The notes beneath the pieces are model-generated. The model worked only from the letters and a program-made list of their open reading frames with translations, had not been told where the DNA came from and searched no databases. Below are positions 27,500 to 37,623 of a stretch of 64,000 bases of DNA, one piece after another; the stretch's first letter is position 1; each line of letters begins with the position of its first letter. Position numbers and translations under genes: made by a program. The DNA comes from Omnitrophica WOR_2 bacterium RIFOXYA2_FULL_38_17 (lineage in GTDB: Bacteria; Omnitrophota; Gorgyraeia; Zapsychrales; Zapsychraceae), in NCBI GenBank assembly GCA_001805965.1, contig MHHG01000052.1, positions 13,930 to 77,929 on the forward strand, given 5' to 3'.

Positions 27500-29266
27500 A
27501 TGAGAACAATAATGTTTATAACGGAAATGTTCAAGAAATTTCCTTTTTTGATGACAGTAAATTTGCTATTATTAATGGTTGTTAATTTTTTCAATATTGG
27601 CTCTCTTTTTGCTATTGGTCCCCTTGTAGATTTTGTTATCCACCCAGATCTTCAAAATATCAGTCCGCTTACAGAAAAAATGATTTCTGTGATTGAGTCT
27701 TTTGCTTTTCCTGTTTCTTTGAGTAGTTTCTTGCTGTTTTTTGTTTCTTTTGTTTTTTTTGGTAGTTTGTTTCAAGCTGTTTCAGAGTATGTTGTTCAGA
27801 AGACAAGATTTAAAATTGTAGAGGCATTATTTTCGGATTGTCTGAATAGTTTTTTAAGCGCTAAATGGCAATTTTTTGTTGGCCAGAAGCAAGGTGAGTT
27901 TATAAATTTATTTTCTAGGGAATTGATTATGATTGCCAGCGCCTTGGGCCAGGTTTCTCAGTTTACTGTTGGTGTAGTGCAAATATTTTTCTTTTTAAGT
28001 GTGCCTTTTTATATTTCTTGGCAAGTAACTTTGCTTTGCATAATAGGTATTGTTCTTTTATCAATCCCATTTATTTTGTTCGGTAGGTATGGGTATGTTT
28101 TTGGAAAAAAAGGAACAGATTATTCAAAAGAATTTATTTCGCTTCTCAATGAAAATTTTAATTTACTAAAAATTGTTTTAGGTTTTGCTAACCAAAAGAA
28201 ATGTCACACTGATTTAGTTAAGGCATATGTTAGATATGCAAATACAACAATTCAATGGTTGACGCTGGGTAACGCTTTGTTTTTATTGTTTAGGCCAGTT
28301 GCTGTCTTAATTGTTGCGATTGCTTTGTTTTTTTCTCGAAAATTCAATGTCCCTGTATCAGAGATGTCAGTATTGCTTTTGGGATTTTTTCAAATTGCAA
28401 AATCTGCAGGTGCTTGTGTGAATATGAATACCGCTATTGGGAACTTTTTTCCAAGTTATGAACTGATGAAGTCATTGAAGGAGAAAGCAGATTTGGAAAA
28501 ACAATTTACAGGCATGAAAATATTTAAAACATTAGAAGATAGAATTTGTTTAAAAAACTTGTCGTTTTCTTATCAAGAGAATGAATGGGCACTTAAAAGT
28601 ATAAATATAATCATTGAAAAAAGCAAGATGATCGCTTTAGTTGGTAAATCAGGATCAGGAAAATCAACTTTAATAGATATGATAATGGGTTTTAATGAGC
28701 CGCAAGTAGGATGTATTGAATGTGATGGTGTTGATATTCATAAAATAGATATTGATTCATATCGAAGTAGAATAGGCTATGTGCCTCAGGATAGTGTTTT
28801 ATTTAATACATCGATAAAAGAAAACTTTTTATGGGCAAAACCGGATGCTTCAGAAAAGGATATTAAAGAAGCATGCTTTTTAGCTCACGCAGATGAGTTT
28901 ATTGATAATTTTCCTGAAAAATACGACACTATCGTTGGAGATCGAGGAGTCCGTTTGTCAGGCGGACAGTTGCAAAGAGTTGCTTTAGCCAGAGCCTTTT
29001 TAAAAAAACCGGATTTGTTGATTTTAGATGAAGCAACAAGCTCGTTGGATTCTCATTCTGAAAAATTAATTCAAGATGCAATTGATAAATTTGCAATTAA
29101 GACAACGGTTGTCATTATTGCTCATAGGTTGTCTACGGTTAGAAAAGCAGACCATATTTATGTTTTGGATCAAGGGAAAATTGTTGAAGAAGGAAAATAT
29201 AATGATTTAATTTCCAAAAGGGGACGTTTTAGTTCTATGGTTGATATGCAGGAATTAACTAAATAG
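27500..29266 (+). CDS. ABC exporter, fused permease-ATPase (MsbA/PglK-like lipid-linked glycan flippase candidate)
   Basis: Six N-terminal TM helices; Walker A GKSGSGKST; signature LSGGQLQRVALARAF; Walker B LILDEATS. Confidence 0.85.
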   Translation: MRTIMFITEMFKKFPFLMTVNLLLLMVVNFFNIGSLFAIGPLVDFVIHPDLQNISPLTEKMISVIESFAFPVSLSSFLLFFVSFVFFGSLFQAVSEYVVQKTRFKIVEALFSDCLNSFLSAKWQFFVGQKQGEFINLFSRELIMIASALGQVSQFTVGVVQIFFFLSVPFYISWQVTLLCIIGIVLLSIPFILFGRYGYVFGKKGTDYSKEFISLLNENFNLLKIVLGFANQKKCHTDLVKAYVRYANTTIQWLTLGNALFLLFRPVAVLIVAIALFFSRKFNVPVSEMSVLLLGFFQIAKSAGACVNMNTAIGNFFPSYELMKSLKEKADLEKQFTGMKIFKTLEDRICLKNLSFSYQENEWALKSINIIIEKSKMIALVGKSGSGKSTLIDMIMGFNEPQVGCIECDGVDIHKIDIDSYRSRIGYVPQDSVLFNTSIKENFLWAKPDASEKDIKEACFLAHADEFIDNFPEKYDTIVGDRGVRLSGGQLQRVALARAFLKKPDLLILDEATSSLDSHSEKLIQDAIDKFAIKTTVVIIAHRLSTVRKADHIYVLDQGKIVEEGKYNDLISKRGRFSSMVDMQELTK

Positions 29267-29355
29267 GGTTAGTGATAGGTCTTGCCACATGCTAGTTCTT
29301 TAAATGGTAAGAGATTAAATAACTGTAATTTCTCAGTAATAGGAGGGAGTATTTA

Positions 29356-30339
29356 ATGGATTTGTCAAATAAAGTAGTTTTAATAACAGGAGGAACAGGG
29401 TCGTTTGGGAAAAAATTCACAGAGATTGTTCTAAATAAATTTAAAGTTAAGAAATTAATTATTTTAAGCCGTGATGAATTTAAACAATATGAAATGTCAA
29501 ATATTTTCCCGGAGTCTAAATATCCTATACGTTATTTTTTGGGAGATGTTCGTGATAAAGCACGTCTTTGCAGGGCTTTTGAAAATGTAGATTATGTGGT
29601 TCATGCAGCCGCATTAAAACAAGTTCCTGCATTGGAATATAATCCGATAGAAGCTGTTAAAACAAATATTATGGGAGCAGATAATATTGTTGATGCAGCT
29701 ATAGATTGTGGTGTGAAGCAGGTTATTGCTCTTTCTACAGATAAAGCTGTTAATCCTGTGAATCTTTATGGGGCGACTAAATTAGCCGCAGAAAAAATAT
29801 TTATAGCAGCAAATGCATATAGTGGGGGAAAAGTTAAGTTTTCTGTTGTTAGGTACGGTAATGTTGTTGGTTCGAGGGGTAGTGTTATTCCAATTTTTGT
29901 TAATTTTAAAAAAGAAAACCAGAAAGAATTTCCTGTCACAGATGAGCGTATGACGCGTTTTTGGATTACATTAGAACAATCTGTTGAATTAGTATTAAAA
30001 GCATTTAAACATTCTCAAGGAGGTGAAGTTTTTATCCCGATTATCCCGTCTATGAAAATTACTGATTTGGCAAGAGCTATTTCTCCTGATTGTAGTTTTA
30101 AGGTTATTGGTATTCGGCCTGGAGAAAAACTCCATGAGACATTAATTTCAGAAGACGAGTCATATAAAGTGAAGAAAATTGATGGAATGTACGTAGTGTT
30201 GCCGAGTTTTCATTCTTCTGATGGTTTAGATGCCAAATATAAAAATGCCGAATCAATGAAGGAACGATTTTGTTATCGTAGTGATACAAATGATAATTGG
30301 GTATCAGAAAAAGAAGTGCAATCGCTTATTGAGGGTTAA
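29356..30339 (+). CDS. pseB: UDP-N-acetylglucosamine 4,6-dehydratase (inverting), first step of the pseudaminic acid pathway
   Basis: MDLSNKVVLITGGTGSFGKKF start (PseB/FlaA1 hallmark), 327 aa, SDR YxxxK. Confidence 0.88.
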   Translation: MDLSNKVVLITGGTGSFGKKFTEIVLNKFKVKKLIILSRDEFKQYEMSNIFPESKYPIRYFLGDVRDKARLCRAFENVDYVVHAAALKQVPALEYNPIEAVKTNIMGADNIVDAAIDCGVKQVIALSTDKAVNPVNLYGATKLAAEKIFIAANAYSGGKVKFSVVRYGNVVGSRGSVIPIFVNFKKENQKEFPVTDERMTRFWITLEQSVELVLKAFKHSQGGEVFIPIIPSMKITDLARAISPDCSFKVIGIRPGEKLHETLISEDESYKVKKIDGMYVVLPSFHSSDGLDAKYKNAESMKERFCYRSDTNDNWVSEKEVQSLIEG

Positions 30340-30342
30340 AAT

Positions 30343-31497
30343 ATGAGCAAGTATATTCCATATGGGCGACAATCAATAACTGACTCAGATATTCAATCTG
30401 TGGTAAAGGTGTTGAAATGCGATTTTATAACGCAAGGACCACAGGTCAGAAAATTTGAGAAGGCTCTTTGTATTTCTACACAAGCAAAATATGCTGTTGC
30501 TGTTTCAAATGGTACAGCGGCTCTTCATCTTGCTTGTCTTGCAGCAGGAATTGGAAAAGGTGATGAAGTTATAACATCACCGTTGACCTTTCTTGCATCC
30601 AGCAATTGTGTGCTTTATTGTGGCGGAAAAGTTGTTTTTGCGGACATTGATTCGCAGACAGCAAATATTGTATCTAGTGAGGTAGAAAAAAATATTACTA
30701 AGAAAACAAAAGCAATAATCCCAGTTCATTTTGCAGGACAGCCTTGTGAGGTAGATCAGATTCGGGATATTGGGAAAAAATATAATTTGATCATCATTGA
30801 AGATGCAGCGCATGCCCTTGGGGCCAAATATAAAGGCTCCCACATTGGATCTTGTAAATATTCGGACATGACAACGCTAAGCTTTCATCCATTAAAACAT
30901 ATTACTACCGGAGAAGGTGGCGCAATACTGACAAACCGAAAAGATTTTTATGAAAAACTTTTAATGTTGAGAAGTCATGGTGCGACAAAAGATAATTTTG
31001 TTAATAAATCAGAGGGGGATTGGTATTATGAGATGCAAATGCTGGGTTTCAACTATCGAATTACTGATATTCAATGTGCTTTGGGAGTATCTCAAATGAA
31101 AAAGCTGGGTAAATTTGTTCAAAGAAGGCGGAGAATTGTCGAGCTTTATAACAAGGCTTTTTTGGATAATCCATATTTTGATATCCCAATAGAGAAAGAT
31201 CATAGCTTTTCTTCATATCATCTTTATCCTATTAGGGTGAAAACTAACTATGTGCATAGTAGAAAAGATATATTTGCAGACTTAAGAAAGAATGGTTTGG
31301 GTGTTCAGGTACATTATTTCCCTGTTTACCTTCAGCCTTACTATCGGGAGCTTGGTTATCGTAAAGGGTTGTGTCCGATTGCCGAGCAATACTATAGCAA
31401 AACAATATCATTGCCTCTTTATCCAAAGATGCTTAATTCAGATGTAATCAAAGTAATTCAAGTTTGCATGAAAGTGTTTGATAAATATAGGAATTGA
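30343..31497 (+). CDS. pseC: UDP-4-amino-4,6-dideoxy-N-acetyl-beta-L-altrosamine transaminase (DegT/DnrJ/EryC1 family)
   Basis: IPYGRQSITDSDIQ N-terminus, PLP-lysine region (SFHPLKHITTGEGG), directly after pseB. Confidence 0.85.
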   Translation: MSKYIPYGRQSITDSDIQSVVKVLKCDFITQGPQVRKFEKALCISTQAKYAVAVSNGTAALHLACLAAGIGKGDEVITSPLTFLASSNCVLYCGGKVVFADIDSQTANIVSSEVEKNITKKTKAIIPVHFAGQPCEVDQIRDIGKKYNLIIIEDAAHALGAKYKGSHIGSCKYSDMTTLSFHPLKHITTGEGGAILTNRKDFYEKLLMLRSHGATKDNFVNKSEGDWYYEMQMLGFNYRITDIQCALGVSQMKKLGKFVQRRRRIVELYNKAFLDNPYFDIPIEKDHSFSSYHLYPIRVKTNYVHSRKDIFADLRKNGLGVQVHYFPVYLQPYYRELGYRKGLCPIAEQYYSKTISLPLYPKMLNSDVIKVIQVCMKVFDKYRN

Positions 31498-32978
31498 TGA
31501 AAGTATTTATAATTACAGAAGGCGGAAAGGGAATAGGTCTTGGTCATATAACAAGATGCTTATCGATATATGAGGCTTTTGAAGATAGAGGGATAACACC
31601 TCTCTTTATTGTGATTGCTGATAGAAGTGTTAAAGCACTGCTTGGGGATAAAAATTATATTGCATTTAATTGGTTGAAGAATGAGAAAAAGTTACGTGAT
31701 TTATTAATAGATGTAGATATTGTAATTGTTGATTCTTATTTAGCAGATATTGTATTTTATAACAAAATATCAAAGAACATAAAAGTACCAGTTTTTATTG
31801 ATGATAACAATAGATTAAAATATCCTGAAGCCACTATAGTTAACGGTTCTATATGTGCTAAGGATCTTAATTATCCTAAAGGAAAGAATATTAAATATTT
31901 ATTAGGATCTGAATATGCTCCTATAAGAAAAGGATTTTGGGATGTCAAGAAGAGGAAAATTCGAGCAAAGATCAAGAATGTTATGATAACTTTAGGTGGG
32001 TGTGATTTGAAAGATACTTCAAGTAAATTGTTAGCAATGCTTGTAGATAATTATCCTGACTTAAATAAATATGTTGTTATTGCTAAAGGTTTTAGTGCCA
32101 GTAGTATTAATAGAATTAAAAAGAAGAAGGATAATCGCACACAGCTATTTTATTGCTTGGATTCTTCCGCAATGAAAAATTTAATGCAGAAATCTGATAT
32201 ATCTATCAGTGCTGGGGGACAGACTCTATATGAGCTTGCTCGAATGGGTTTGCCGACTATAGCAATTTGTGTTGCCGATAATCAGGTTAAGAATTGTAAT
32301 GGGTGGTTAAAAAAAAGATTTATTGAGTATGCGGGAGATGTTCAGGATAAGGATTTAGCAAAAAAAGTAAGAATAAGTATAAGAAGGATGGAACATAAGG
32401 ATTTTCGCGAAAAAAGCTCTCTTGCTGGTCAGGAAAAAGTAGACGGAAAAGGTGCGAAGCGAGTTGTTTATTATTGTTTAAATGAAGCTTTTAAAAATAC
32501 GATACAGCTAAGAAAAGCAAAGAAAACAGATGTGAATTTGGTCTATAAGCTTTCTAACTCAAAGGCAGTAAGAGAAGTTTCTTTCAATCCCGGAAAAATA
32601 TTATTAAAAGATCATGTTGAGTGGTTTAGCCAAAAAATTAAAGATAAAAAATGCTTGTTTCTTATTGCAGAGATTAAGGGTAAGTTTTTAGGCCAAATTA
32701 GATATGATGAAAATGGGGTAAGTGCGTTAATAAGTATTAGCTTGGATGAGAAATATAGAAGTAGCGGTGTGGGAAGTATTGTTTTACGGGGATCAATTCA
32801 AGAACTAAAACAGCTTAAGCCAAAACTAAAGTTGATAAATGCTTTTGTTAAAGAATCAAATGTCGTATCAATCAAGTTTTTTGAAAAGAATAATTTTGTT
32901 TACAAGGGAAGCAAATTGTTTGATGGTGTAAAAGCTTGTGAATATGTTTATTCTCTTAGAAGGAATTCATTAGTATGA
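31494..32978 (+). CDS. Fusion of PseG-like UDP-sugar hydrolase (N-terminus) and PseH-like GNAT N-acetyltransferase (C-terminus)
   Basis: N-terminus GGKGIGLGHITRCLSI (PseG/MurG-like); C-terminal ~170 aa GNAT fold (QIRYDENGVSALISISLDEKYRSSGVGS); 494 aa equals the sum of the two. Confidence 0.68.
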   Translation: MMKVFIITEGGKGIGLGHITRCLSIYEAFEDRGITPLFIVIADRSVKALLGDKNYIAFNWLKNEKKLRDLLIDVDIVIVDSYLADIVFYNKISKNIKVPVFIDDNNRLKYPEATIVNGSICAKDLNYPKGKNIKYLLGSEYAPIRKGFWDVKKRKIRAKIKNVMITLGGCDLKDTSSKLLAMLVDNYPDLNKYVVIAKGFSASSINRIKKKKDNRTQLFYCLDSSAMKNLMQKSDISISAGGQTLYELARMGLPTIAICVADNQVKNCNGWLKKRFIEYAGDVQDKDLAKKVRISIRRMEHKDFREKSSLAGQEKVDGKGAKRVVYYCLNEAFKNTIQLRKAKKTDVNLVYKLSNSKAVREVSFNPGKILLKDHVEWFSQKIKDKKCLFLIAEIKGKFLGQIRYDENGVSALISISLDEKYRSSGVGSIVLRGSIQELKQLKPKLKLINAFVKESNVVSIKFFEKNNFVYKGSKLFDGVKACEYVYSLRRNSLV

Positions 32979-34018
32979 TAAAGATCGGGAAGAAAAGTAT
33001 AGGAGAGAATAATTCAGTTTTTATAATTGCTGAGTTATCGGCCAATCATAATAAAGATTATCAAATTGCTAAAAAGACAATCAAGGCGGCAAAGTTAGCA
33101 GGCGCAGATGCTGTTAAGTTTCAGACATATACCCCTGATACAATCACTATAGATTCTAGTAATAAGTGTTTTCTGATCGATCAAGGAACTTTATGGGATG
33201 GAAAAACATTATATGAACTTTACCAAGAAGCTTATATGCCTTGGGAATGGCAACCAAAATTAAAAAAGTATGCAGAACAATTAGGTCTCGCATGCTTTTC
33301 ATCACCATTTGATAAGACGTCTGTTGAATTTCTAACCAAGATGAATGTTCCTGCGTACAAGATCGCATCTTTTGAAATTACGGATATTCCTCTTATTGAA
33401 TATGTTGCATCAAAAAATAAGCCTGTAATAATTTCGACGGGCATTGCGTCTAAGGATGAAATATTAGAGGCTGTGAGGGCATGTCGAAGAATGAAAAATT
33501 CCCAGATTGCTTTATTAAAATGTACTTCAGGTTATCCTGCGTCTTTTGAAAGTATGAATTTGAAAACAATTGCTGATATGAACAAGAGGTTTGGAGCAGT
33601 TGTTGGTTTATCAGATCATACATTGGGTATATCTGTTCCGGTAACAGCGGTAGCTATGGGAGCTAAAATAATTGAAAAGCATCTTACTCTAGACAGAAAT
33701 ATGGGTGGGCCTGATGAAGCATTTTCACTGGAACCTGAGGAGTTCAAATTAATGGTGGATTCTGTTAGGCAAGCAGAGAAGGCGCTAGGTAAGGTTACAT
33801 ATGTATTGAGTGAGGCAGTTAAGAGAAATAGAAAGTTTGCACGGTCTTTGTTTGTTGTAGAGGATATGACAAAAGGAGACAATTTTACCCACATAAATGT
33901 ACGTTCTATAAGGCCAGGTAATGGTATGAATCCTTATGATCTGAAAAAAGTTTTAAAAAAAAAGGCAAAAAGGAATATTAAAAAAGGAACCCCTTTGAAG
34001 TGGAGCTTAATTGAGTAA
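32975..34018 (+). CDS. pseI: Pseudaminic acid synthase (NeuB family, with C-terminal SAF domain)
   Basis: IIAELSANHN motif; 347 aa including the SAF/antifreeze-like C-terminal domain. Confidence 0.85.
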   Translation: MIKIGKKSIGENNSVFIIAELSANHNKDYQIAKKTIKAAKLAGADAVKFQTYTPDTITIDSSNKCFLIDQGTLWDGKTLYELYQEAYMPWEWQPKLKKYAEQLGLACFSSPFDKTSVEFLTKMNVPAYKIASFEITDIPLIEYVASKNKPVIISTGIASKDEILEAVRACRRMKNSQIALLKCTSGYPASFESMNLKTIADMNKRFGAVVGLSDHTLGISVPVTAVAMGAKIIEKHLTLDRNMGGPDEAFSLEPEEFKLMVDSVRQAEKALGKVTYVLSEAVKRNRKFARSLFVVEDMTKGDNFTHINVRSIRPGNGMNPYDLKKVLKKKAKRNIKKGTPLKWSLIE

Positions 34019-35924
34019 TGATATGAAAAAAAATATTGAGTCAAAGGAAAAAAAGAACAATGAAAGAGTTGTTGCTCTTGGATTAAATAAATTTGATCAG
34101 ATCGCCGCACTTTTTTACTGTTTCTTGAAGAATTACGATGCAGATGTTTATTCCTATGGAACATTTTCTTCGGGAATCCCTAATGGTGTTTTGTCAACAA
34201 TGAAAAAAGTGCCATTTTGGCAAAAATATTGGGAAAGTTCTGTTCATGAGAGATTTGGGAGGATTGGGGATAGCAAAGGATTTTTGTTTGAAGCCTACAA
34301 GGATGTTATTGATCTGACAATAATTTATTATAAAGAGCATTTTAGTGAAAAAAATTTGTTTGGAAAATATTGCGATAGGATATTTAAAACTAATAAGATG
34401 GAAGCTTTTATAAAAGATGAAATAGCTAAACAAATGATATCTTTTCTTGTTAATTTGAAACTGATAAGCTTTGATAATATTCAATTAAAAAAAAAATTAG
34501 TTATTATCATTAGTCCTATAAACAAGGTTGCGATCGATTATTTTGAAAAGAAGTATGGTGTGACGTTTGATATTGAAGAGGTTCGCTCATATAGTCCAGT
34601 ATTAGCTTGTTTTCAATATGCTATTTGGTTGATAAAAGAATGCTTTCTAAGGGGCCTGACTAAGGGGCAGAAAAGGAGAACATATAAACTTGCTAAAGCG
34701 GTAGTTTTTGGTTGTGAGCAGAAAACATTGAGTGATGATCTTCTGATAGATAATGATAAATTCCTTAAAGATGATATTTTATTCTTAAATTTTGAAAAGG
34801 AAAATAGTGCTTTTAATGATATGGGAGAAAAATTGAAGGAAAAAGGGTATTCTGTTGAGAATGTTAGTGATTTTAAGATAAGGATTGATTCTTTGCCAAA
34901 ACATTTACTTAATTATGTGTTTAGGCCTTTGAAAAGTTTGTTTTTTCTTCTGATTGAAGGAAAGTATTATTTTGTTTCAAATATTTGCCAGTTTTATAAG
35001 CATTGTTTTTTGTTGAGTATGATTTTTGAGAAAGTTAGTTTTAAAGTATTTTTGTCTCATAAGGATTGGGGTAATGTGGAAGAGACGATAGCATTGAATA
35101 TACATGGTTCACAGTGTGTAATTTTTCATTGGAGTGCTTTGAGGTTTTATAAAATATCGTCTCATGCCTTTGTTGCACATAATGTATATTATTTTTGGGG
35201 TCCTGCACATTCAGAATTTCAATATTCTAATGCTTTGATTGATAAAAGAGTTAATGTTGGCTGTATTTACAAGAAGGAATTCTCTGATTCTTTGAAGTCC
35301 GTGGAAGAGATTATATCAGAGATTAATGGTTTTGATAGCAGACGTCAATCAGTGCTTTTTTGTGATACATCATTTTCATCTAATTGTGAACAAACAGAGA
35401 TGAATTTTCTAGAGTTTATAAGAATTATGACAAGGTTTTGTGAGAGTCATGATGGTGTTAATGTTCTCTTTAAGCCTAAGAAATTAGATGGTGCGATAGA
35501 GTTAGCTTTGGGAGATAAGGCTGAAGAGTATAGGCAGTTAGTTAAGTGTTTAAGTAAGCGTGAGAATTATTTTCATTTTGATGGCGAAAAAGTTAGTTTT
35601 GTTAAGTTATTGTCTATTTCTGACCTTTGTGTAAGCATGGGTATGAACTCAACTTCGGTAGTCTCTTTGATTTGTAGAAAAGATGCACTGTTTTACGATA
35701 AGACAGGGAATAAGGAGCATCCATGGGCTAAAGAATATTTTAATATTTTGGTTTTTGATGATGAAGAAAAAATACTAAGACAGATAGATAGAATATTAAA
35801 AGGCGAATTTTCAAGTATTGATGTTTTAAGTGAACAAGAAATTAGAGAAATTGATGCGTTTGATGATGATCTCGCTATTGATAGGATTAGAGAAGATATT
35901 TCCATCTTGTGTGCTCTTAGTTGA
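34011..35924 (+). CDS. Large uncharacterized protein, possibly a nonulosonate-transferase-like glycosyltransferase (unknown family)
   Basis: 637 aa, no canonical motif recognised. Organisation resembles the other two ~600-aa unknowns at 43972 and 58856. Confidence 0.35.
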   Translation: MSNDMKKNIESKEKKNNERVVALGLNKFDQIAALFYCFLKNYDADVYSYGTFSSGIPNGVLSTMKKVPFWQKYWESSVHERFGRIGDSKGFLFEAYKDVIDLTIIYYKEHFSEKNLFGKYCDRIFKTNKMEAFIKDEIAKQMISFLVNLKLISFDNIQLKKKLVIIISPINKVAIDYFEKKYGVTFDIEEVRSYSPVLACFQYAIWLIKECFLRGLTKGQKRRTYKLAKAVVFGCEQKTLSDDLLIDNDKFLKDDILFLNFEKENSAFNDMGEKLKEKGYSVENVSDFKIRIDSLPKHLLNYVFRPLKSLFFLLIEGKYYFVSNICQFYKHCFLLSMIFEKVSFKVFLSHKDWGNVEETIALNIHGSQCVIFHWSALRFYKISSHAFVAHNVYYFWGPAHSEFQYSNALIDKRVNVGCIYKKEFSDSLKSVEEIISEINGFDSRRQSVLFCDTSFSSNCEQTEMNFLEFIRIMTRFCESHDGVNVLFKPKKLDGAIELALGDKAEEYRQLVKCLSKRENYFHFDGEKVSFVKLLSISDLCVSMGMNSTSVVSLICRKDALFYDKTGNKEHPWAKEYFNILVFDDEEKILRQIDRILKGEFSSIDVLSEQEIREIDAFDDDLAIDRIREDISILCALS

Positions 35925-36018
35925 AAGTCAGATTAATATGTTTTTAATAATATAAGAAATTTAGATTGTTTTAGGGTATTGGAAAATTTAATATTGTAAA
36001 AAAGGGGAGGGAAGTACA

Positions 36019-36867
36019 ATGTCAATATTTGTAATTGCAGAAATAGGTATTAATCATAATGGGGACTTGGGTATAGCGAAACAGCTGATTGATGTTGCGA
36101 AGGTGGCTGGTGTTGATGCGGTGAAGTTCCAAAAAAGAACGATTGATTTGGTTTATACAAAGGAATTCTTAGACTCACCGCGTGAAAGTCCATGGGGAAC
36201 AACGCAACGAGCTCAAAAGGAAGGTCTTGAATTTGGATTGAAGGAGTATAAAGAAATCGATGCCTATTGCAAAGAAAAAGGCATTGAGTGGTTTATGTCT
36301 GCGTGGGATATTGAAAGTCAAAAATTTTCGCGACAGTTTAATTGTAAATACAATAAAGTAGCCTCAGCAATGATTGTTTATGAAAATTTGCTTAAGGAAA
36401 TTGCTTCAGAAAAAAAGCATACATTCATTTCGACTGGGATGTCGGAAGAGTCTCAGATTGACAGAGCTGTAGAAATATTTAAAGAATATGATTGTCCGTT
36501 TGAGCTTATGCATTGTGTTTCGACTTATCCTATGAACGATGAGGATGCAAATTTGAATCGTATTAAAGTTCTTCGTGATAAGTATAAGTGTGACGTGGGT
36601 TATAGTGGGCATGAAGTTGGTCTTGCAGTATCTTATGGTGCTGCTTCACTTGGAATTTCATCCCTTGAAAGACATATTACAACTGATCGTGCAATGTATG
36701 GTTCGGATCAAGCTGCTTCAGTTGAGCCAATGGGATTAATTCAATTGGTTGGTGCAGTTCGAAAAATTGAAAAAGCAATGGGCGATGGTAATATTGCAAT
36801 GAATGAAAAGGAAGTAGGTGTAGCAAAAAAATTAAGAGCTCATATTCCTTTTGAGGCTAAGAAATAG
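36019..36867 (+). CDS. NeuB-family sugar-acid synthase lacking the SAF domain (second synthase)
   Basis: VIAEIGINHNGDLGIAKQLI N-terminal NeuB TIM-barrel signature, but only 282 aa (no C-terminal SAF domain). Confidence 0.7.
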   Translation: MSIFVIAEIGINHNGDLGIAKQLIDVAKVAGVDAVKFQKRTIDLVYTKEFLDSPRESPWGTTQRAQKEGLEFGLKEYKEIDAYCKEKGIEWFMSAWDIESQKFSRQFNCKYNKVASAMIVYENLLKEIASEKKHTFISTGMSEESQIDRAVEIFKEYDCPFELMHCVSTYPMNDEDANLNRIKVLRDKYKCDVGYSGHEVGLAVSYGAASLGISSLERHITTDRAMYGSDQAASVEPMGLIQLVGAVRKIEKAMGDGNIAMNEKEVGVAKKLRAHIPFEAKK

Positions 36868-36879
36868 AGGTTTATTATT

Positions 36880-37623
36880 ATGGCAGACGTTGTAGCAATA
36901 ATTCCTGCTCGTTCAGGATCTAAGGGAGTCGTTGATAAAAATATTAAATTGTTATCAGGCTATCCCTTAATTGCATATAGTATTGCTGTTGCAAAACTTG
37001 CAAGAGGTGTTGATCGAGTTATTGTTTCAACAAATTCTAAGGAATATGCCAACATAGCGTGTGAGTATGGTGCAGAAGTTCCTTTTTTACGTCCGGAAGA
37101 AATATCGAGTGATTATAGTACAGATTATGATTGCATGAAGCATGCATTAGATTGGATAAAGAACGAAGAGGGCGCTATTCCTAGTTATTTAGTTCACTTA
37201 CGGCCGACAACACCATTTAGAGATCCTGGGCTTATTGAAAAAGCTATTATGTGTTTAAAACAAGATAAAGAAGCTACTGCATTGAGGTCCGTGCATGAAA
37301 TGTCAGAATCAGCGTATAAGTCATTTGAAGTAGACGGAGATTATTTAAAAACAATTGGATCAAATTCTTTTGATTTGGATGAAGCTAATAAACCAAGACA
37401 AAGTTTTAATAAAACCTATCAGGCTAATGGTTATGTTGATATTTTAAAAACATTATACATTATTGACAATCATAAACTGCATGGAAATCGAGTAGCAGCG
37501 TTTGTTACACCATATGTAGTTGAGGTAGATGTTTTGGAGGATTTTGACCATTTGGAGTATCAAGCATCAAAAAATCCAGATATTGTTAAAAAATTGTTTT
37601 TAAAAAAGGAAATGAACTTATGA
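36880..37623 (+). CDS. CMP-sugar cytidylyltransferase (second paralog)
   Basis: VAIIPARSGSKGVVDKNIKLL signature. Confidence 0.8.
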   Translation: MADVVAIIPARSGSKGVVDKNIKLLSGYPLIAYSIAVAKLARGVDRVIVSTNSKEYANIACEYGAEVPFLRPEEISSDYSTDYDCMKHALDWIKNEEGAIPSYLVHLRPTTPFRDPGLIEKAIMCLKQDKEATALRSVHEMSESAYKSFEVDGDYLKTIGSNSFDLDEANKPRQSFNKTYQANGYVDILKTLYIIDNHKLHGNRVAAFVTPYVVEVDVLEDFDHLEYQASKNPDIVKKLFLKKEMNL

